Assembly (NCBI RefSeq): GCF_001194135.2
Contig: NC_068985.1
Coordinates: 50,089,496 to 50,127,297 of the forward strand
Direction of reading: 5' to 3'
DNA length: 37,802 nt
DNA from: Octopus bimaculoides
Lineage: Eukaryota
Shown here in pieces: positions 33,289 through 37,802 of this stretch (within the stretch, counting starts at the first letter, position 1; the number at the start of each line of letters is the position of its first letter). The notes under the pieces were generated by a model. The model searched no databases. It worked only from the letters and a program-made list of their open reading frames with translations, and was not told the origin of the DNA. A program made the position numbers and the translations under genes.

Positions 33289-33366
33289 TATATTTAGGGA
33301 TGGGCTATTGTGTTTTCCTTTTTCTTTTGTGCAAACTGTCAAATTTAGCCCAAACACCTTGAATAT

Positions 33367-33458
<92 letters not shown>

Positions 33459-33487
33459 CGTGCGTGCGTGTGCGTAGGTGTATGTGT

Positions 33488-34848
33488 CACTGCTGGACAA
33501 AATCTTAAAAGCGAGTGAAAAAATTGCCGAAATGAACTCCTTGCAGACCAATATATTAGACTATTTTTAATTATAGATTCATTATTGGCAAATAGAAAGA
33601 GATATACGAAAACCTGAAGAAATGTTTAACATTTAATGCACACAATATGCATTGTTTGAAAACTAGCAATATTTTGCCTGATCAAAAATTTAAGACCAAG
33701 ACAAATAACAAACGAAAACAATGAATAAATAGTAAACAAAAAAACTCAGTAATCAGTAGCTACACCATTCCTGCAAATAACTTCAAAAATTCACTGTGGT
33801 ATACTCAACACAAGCGTTTACAGGTTGTCCAGAATGTTATGCCATGAGATGAAGACTACCTGGCAAAGAGCATCCACAGTCTCAAATTGTGTTCCATTTT
33901 TGTAAATGTCTCTCACCAAGCATCCTTAAAGATTTTCCATGGAGTTTAGGTCAGGAGAACATGAAAGATGATGCAAAAGATAAACTTTATTTGTTCTGAA
34001 GAAATCCTTTGGACTGCGAGCATTATGGATTGTAGCAATATCTTGTTGATAAATCCAGTCTTCGCACAAACAAGAGTCTTCAGTGAAGAGTGATGCCCAC
34101 TTCAACATGCCAACATAGCCAACTGCTGCTTTACATTGAAAAATCTCTGGCGGAATATCTTTTGCATGCCAATATCTTTAGAAAGTATCAGGACCATCAA
34201 TGTTTAATTCCTTCTTATCTCAAAATAAAACTTTCTTCCAGCTGTGAACGTCCCAGGTCTGGTGATTCTGAGAAAATTCTAAACGAGTAATTTTGTGGCA
34301 TGGAACAAGATGGGGGTCTCTGAAGATATTTAAGATTTTTAAAGCCTCTCTTTCTCAAATGTCGTATTAACATCCTTGAGCTGCATTTCACATACCTAAG
34401 TGCCTTGATCTGGTTTGATGACAGACTAGTGTCTTTCCTACCTTTCTGTCAAATCTTTCTACTCAACGCTGGTGAAATTTTCTTTGGTCAGTCAGTTGAC
34501 CTTTTCAATCCATGTGCCTCAGAGTTTTGTAAGAAGATCGCAATGGCGGTTTAACTGAGACCCATTTCACTGGAGATGGCACATTGAGAAAGACCTTGTT
34601 TCTGGAGCTCTACAATTCTACCACGTTCAATTTTATTTGTCATGGTCCTAAATTTTTGACCAGGCAAAATATTGTTTGTTTTATACAATGCATTAAATGT
34701 TAAACATTTCTTTAGGTTTTCATATATCCTTTTTTCTATTTGCCAATAATGACTCTATAATGGTTTTTTGTTATAGTCGAATATATTGGTCTGCAAGGAG
34801 CTCATTTTGGCAGTTTTTTTGCTGGTCTTAAGATTTTGTCCAGCAGTG
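33488..34848 (-). mobile_element. Tc1-family element with about 210-bp IR/DR-type TIRs and a pseudogenised transposase
   Basis: Ends CACTGCTGGACAAAATCTTA / TAAGATTTTGTCCAGCAGTG. Remnant WIYQQDIATIH...SCSPDLNSMENL corresponds to the Tc1 motif QQDNAPxH...SPDLNPIENLW. Embedded in microsatellite, with the TA TSDs mutated. Confidence 0.88.
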
Positions 34849-34849
34849 C

Positions 34850-34903
<54 letters not shown>

Positions 34904-34911
34904 ACATGCAT

Positions 34912-34987
<76 letters not shown>

Positions 34988-34994
34988 CATGACA

Positions 34995-35130
34995 ACGATC
35001 TTTCAGTTTCAGTCAACCCAATCCACTCATAAGGCTTTGGTCAGACCAGGGCTATTGTAGAAGACATTCACAAAGGAGCTGCACAGTGGCCGCCGAATCA
35101 AAGACCACATTGTTGGGAGGCAAGCTTCTT
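34995..35130 (-). mobile_element. 5' fragment of the 4061-type SINE
   Basis: CTTTCAGTTTC...AATCCACTCATAAGGCTTTGGTCAGACCAGGGCTATTGTAGAAGACA matches 17760-17830. Confidence 0.65.
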
Positions 35131-36460
35131 GCCTGCACTGATGTATGAATTATTTAATATGTATGAATTAAGACATACATTTTGAAAAACAAAAACAAAC
35201 TTGAAAAAAAACTATGTGGCAGACTTCTATTGAACCTTATCAATGAAGAATATTTACACACACACATTAATTCTCACTTGTTCTATGTGTATTTAATTCT
35301 TAAACATCTGTGGGTAAACACAGCTGATATTACCATTGATGTCAAAAAACTTCATTAATGTGTTAGGTGGTTTTACATCCAGGCGGGTGTCCCAGTTTCA
35401 TTCGTATTGTTAATGACACCATAGAAGATATACAGTAGCAATAACCTCACAACCTTTCATTTTCTCTGCCCAAACAAATCTAAGTCTTCATGCAGACGTA
35501 AGCAAAAAATGTTAAACATGCCTTAATTATATTATTTACAAAAATACATTGCAGATGATGGCAGTATTTCCTGGTGAACTAAATCAACCGATATGGTTTC
35601 GGTTTCTAGTTTGGAATGTTCTTGGAAGTAAACACTGAATATAAATAAATTAATCAAAATATTATTGTCGCAGATGTTCTCCTTTCTCAAATTTGATTTT
35701 ATTTAGCCTTAATTCAGCTCTTATCGAAACAGATCTATGATCAAAGGCAATTCTGATGAGACCATCCATCTCTTGATTCATACACAATGTACTTAAGATT
35801 ACATTAACCAATGTATCTTTAGAAAACACCAGAAAATATAGAGTGTGATTTGATGATGGTTTGTCTATTATTTCTAGCAGAATAAATGACGAGTCAGATG
35901 TGTGCCATTACTGTTATTTTAGATTATGTCCTGTTACCTATCACAGTTGGACGATAAGGGGATGTGGTTAGTCCCTGTGTCTGTGTGGCAGAACCGTTAC
36001 ATTGCTAATATTTGTTCTGGTTCTTTGCATTCTGAGTTCAAATTCCACCAAGGTCAAATATGCATTAGTTGACAGTGGGCTTGATGTAATCAACTTACAC
36101 CTTCCCTAAAAAAAAATTAACCTTGAACCAAAATCTGAAACCATTATCATTATTATTTGAGTAATATTAATCTAACCACCTACTGGGGTTGACTTTGCCT
36201 TTCATATTTCTGACATCGGTAAAAAAAAAAACCTGTCAAGTACTAAGATAGATTGAATTGATTAAAGCATCTTGACAAACTTCAGATATTGTGCCTAGAT
36301 AGGAAAATATTACACACACACATTATATACATACATACATACATACATACATACATACATNNNNNNNNNNNNNNNNNNNNNNNNNNNNNNNNNNNNNNNN
36401 NNNNNNNNNNNNNNNNNNNNNNNNNNNNNNNNNNNNNNNNNNNNNNNNNNNNNNNNNNNN

Positions 36461-36780
36461 CATCATTTAACATCCGTTGTCCATACTGGCATGGGATGGG
36501 GAGTTTGACTGAGCTGGCACGCTGGAAGGCTGCTCCAGACTCCAGTTTGGTTTGGCATGGTTTTCTATGGCTGGATGCCTTTCCTGACACCAACCACTCC
36601 AAGAGTATAATGATTGCTTTAACGTGCCACTGGCACAGGTGCCTTTTGAGTGACACCAGGGTACGTTTACGTTGTAATTTGCGTGACACTGTTATCTGCC
36701 ATGACTATGATTTTGCTTGGCTTGAAGGGTCTTCTTCTCAAGCACAATATATAAAGAACATTATTGCTCATAAGAGATAA
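36461..36780 (-). mobile_element. RTE-LINE 3' tail fragment
   Basis: CATCATTTAACATCCGTTGTCCATACTGGCATGGG...GGATGCCTTTCCTGACACCAACCACTCC, the reverse of the shared RTE tail. Confidence 0.75.
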
Positions 36781-36904
36781 TAATGTTAGTGGCCACAAAC
36801 ATAAAACCATATACGTACATATGTATGTATATATGTATAGACATAGAAACATGTACATCTATACATAAATGCACATATATCGTGCATACATATATATGTT
36901 TGCA

Positions 36905-37787
36905 TATGGTCATTTGGCAAGAATGGATGAGGATAACTGTGTGAAAAAGTGCCACAGCCTAGCGGTTGAGGGTACCTGTGGAAGAGGTAGACCCAGGAAG
37001 ACCTGGGATGAGGTGGTGAAGCACAACCTTCAAACATTAGGCCTCACCAAGGCAATGACTAGTGACCAAGACCTTTGGAAATATGCCGTGCGTAAGAAGA
37101 CCCGGCAAGACAAGTGAGACCATAACCCGTGGCCTTTACCAGGGGTGAAGCCAGCCCACTTATGCATACCTTTCTTTCTTTGGACATAAAACCCTGCTTG
37201 TGAAGACCTGTTGAGGCAAGTGAAATCGAAATTGAACCAAATACGATAACTGGCATCCATGCCAACCTTCTTTCATTGGACACTAAACTCTGCTTGCGAA
37301 GATCTGTTGGGGCAAGTGAAATCGAAACTGAACCAAATTCGATGACTGGCAGCCGAGCCAGTGGAGCGCCAATAGCACCATCGGAGCGGGATCACTGCCA
37401 GAGCAGCTGTCTGGCTTCCGTGCCGGTGGCACGTAAAAAGTACCATTTGAGCATGACCGTTACCAGTGTCACCTTACTGGCACGTGAACAAAACATCCGA
37501 GCGAGGTTGTTGCCAGTGCCACTGGACTGACTCCTGTGCAGGTGGCACGTAAAAAACACAATTTGAGTGTGGCCGTTGCCAGTACCGCCAGACTGGCCCT
37601 CGTGCCGGTGGCACGTAAAAGTACCCACTACACTCTCGGAGTGGTTGGCGTTAGGAAGGGCATCCAGCTGTAGAAACTTTACCAGATCAGATTGGAGCCT
37701 GGTGGAGCCATCTGGTTTGCCAGTCCTCAGTCAAATCGTCTAACCCATGCTAGCATGGAAAGCGGACATTAAACGATGATGATGATA
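36905..37787 (+). mobile_element. RTE-clade LINE 3' end: last ORF codons, modular 3' UTR and (ATG)n tail
   Basis: YGHLARMDEDNCVKKCHSLAVEGTCGRGRPRKTWDEVVK...LW..AV is the RTE C-terminus (GHxxRM...G.R.RGRP.K.W). The UTR has a roughly 95-bp duplication (37165-37354) and repeated GGCACGTAAAA modules. Confidence 0.88.
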
Positions 37788-37802
37788 ATATATATATATA
37801 CA

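Noticed and set aside
35547-35620. Possible small plus-strand exon MMAVFPGELNQPIWFRFLVWNVLG between CAG and GTAAAC
   Set aside because: No homology recognised and no linked exons; cannot be supported.

Overview
Repeat-rich, AT-rich eukaryotic genomic DNA with six N-gaps, most flanked by (TA)n or related microsatellites. The SINE, LINE and microsatellite content looks like an Octopus assembly; this rests on my recognition of the repeats, not on a search. The only host gene I can support is TYW2/TRMT12 (tRNA-Phe wybutosine biosynthesis) on the minus strand. Four spliced exons (7559-7926, 7130-7280, 4662-4771, 652-809) join in one open frame through GT-AG introns. The first exon could not be located and the last exon(s) lie left of the window. 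The rest is a transposon landscape: tRNA-derived SINEs, RTE-clade and CR1/L2-group LINE fragments, decayed mariner, Tc1 (IR/DR) and MULE elements, and several fold-back MITEs. I found no new protein-coding system. The best candidates for something undescribed are three. (1) Two Merlin-like MITE families (GG termini, 8-bp TSD) with different TIRs carry the same telomere-variant (TTAGGG-like) cassette. (2) A palindromic Penelope-like remnant has a hammerhead-ribozyme-like core with an unusually long stem II. (3) A roughly 100-nt near-perfect hairpin could be a miRNA precursor. Most ORFs in the supplied track are microsatellite, gap or antisense artefacts.
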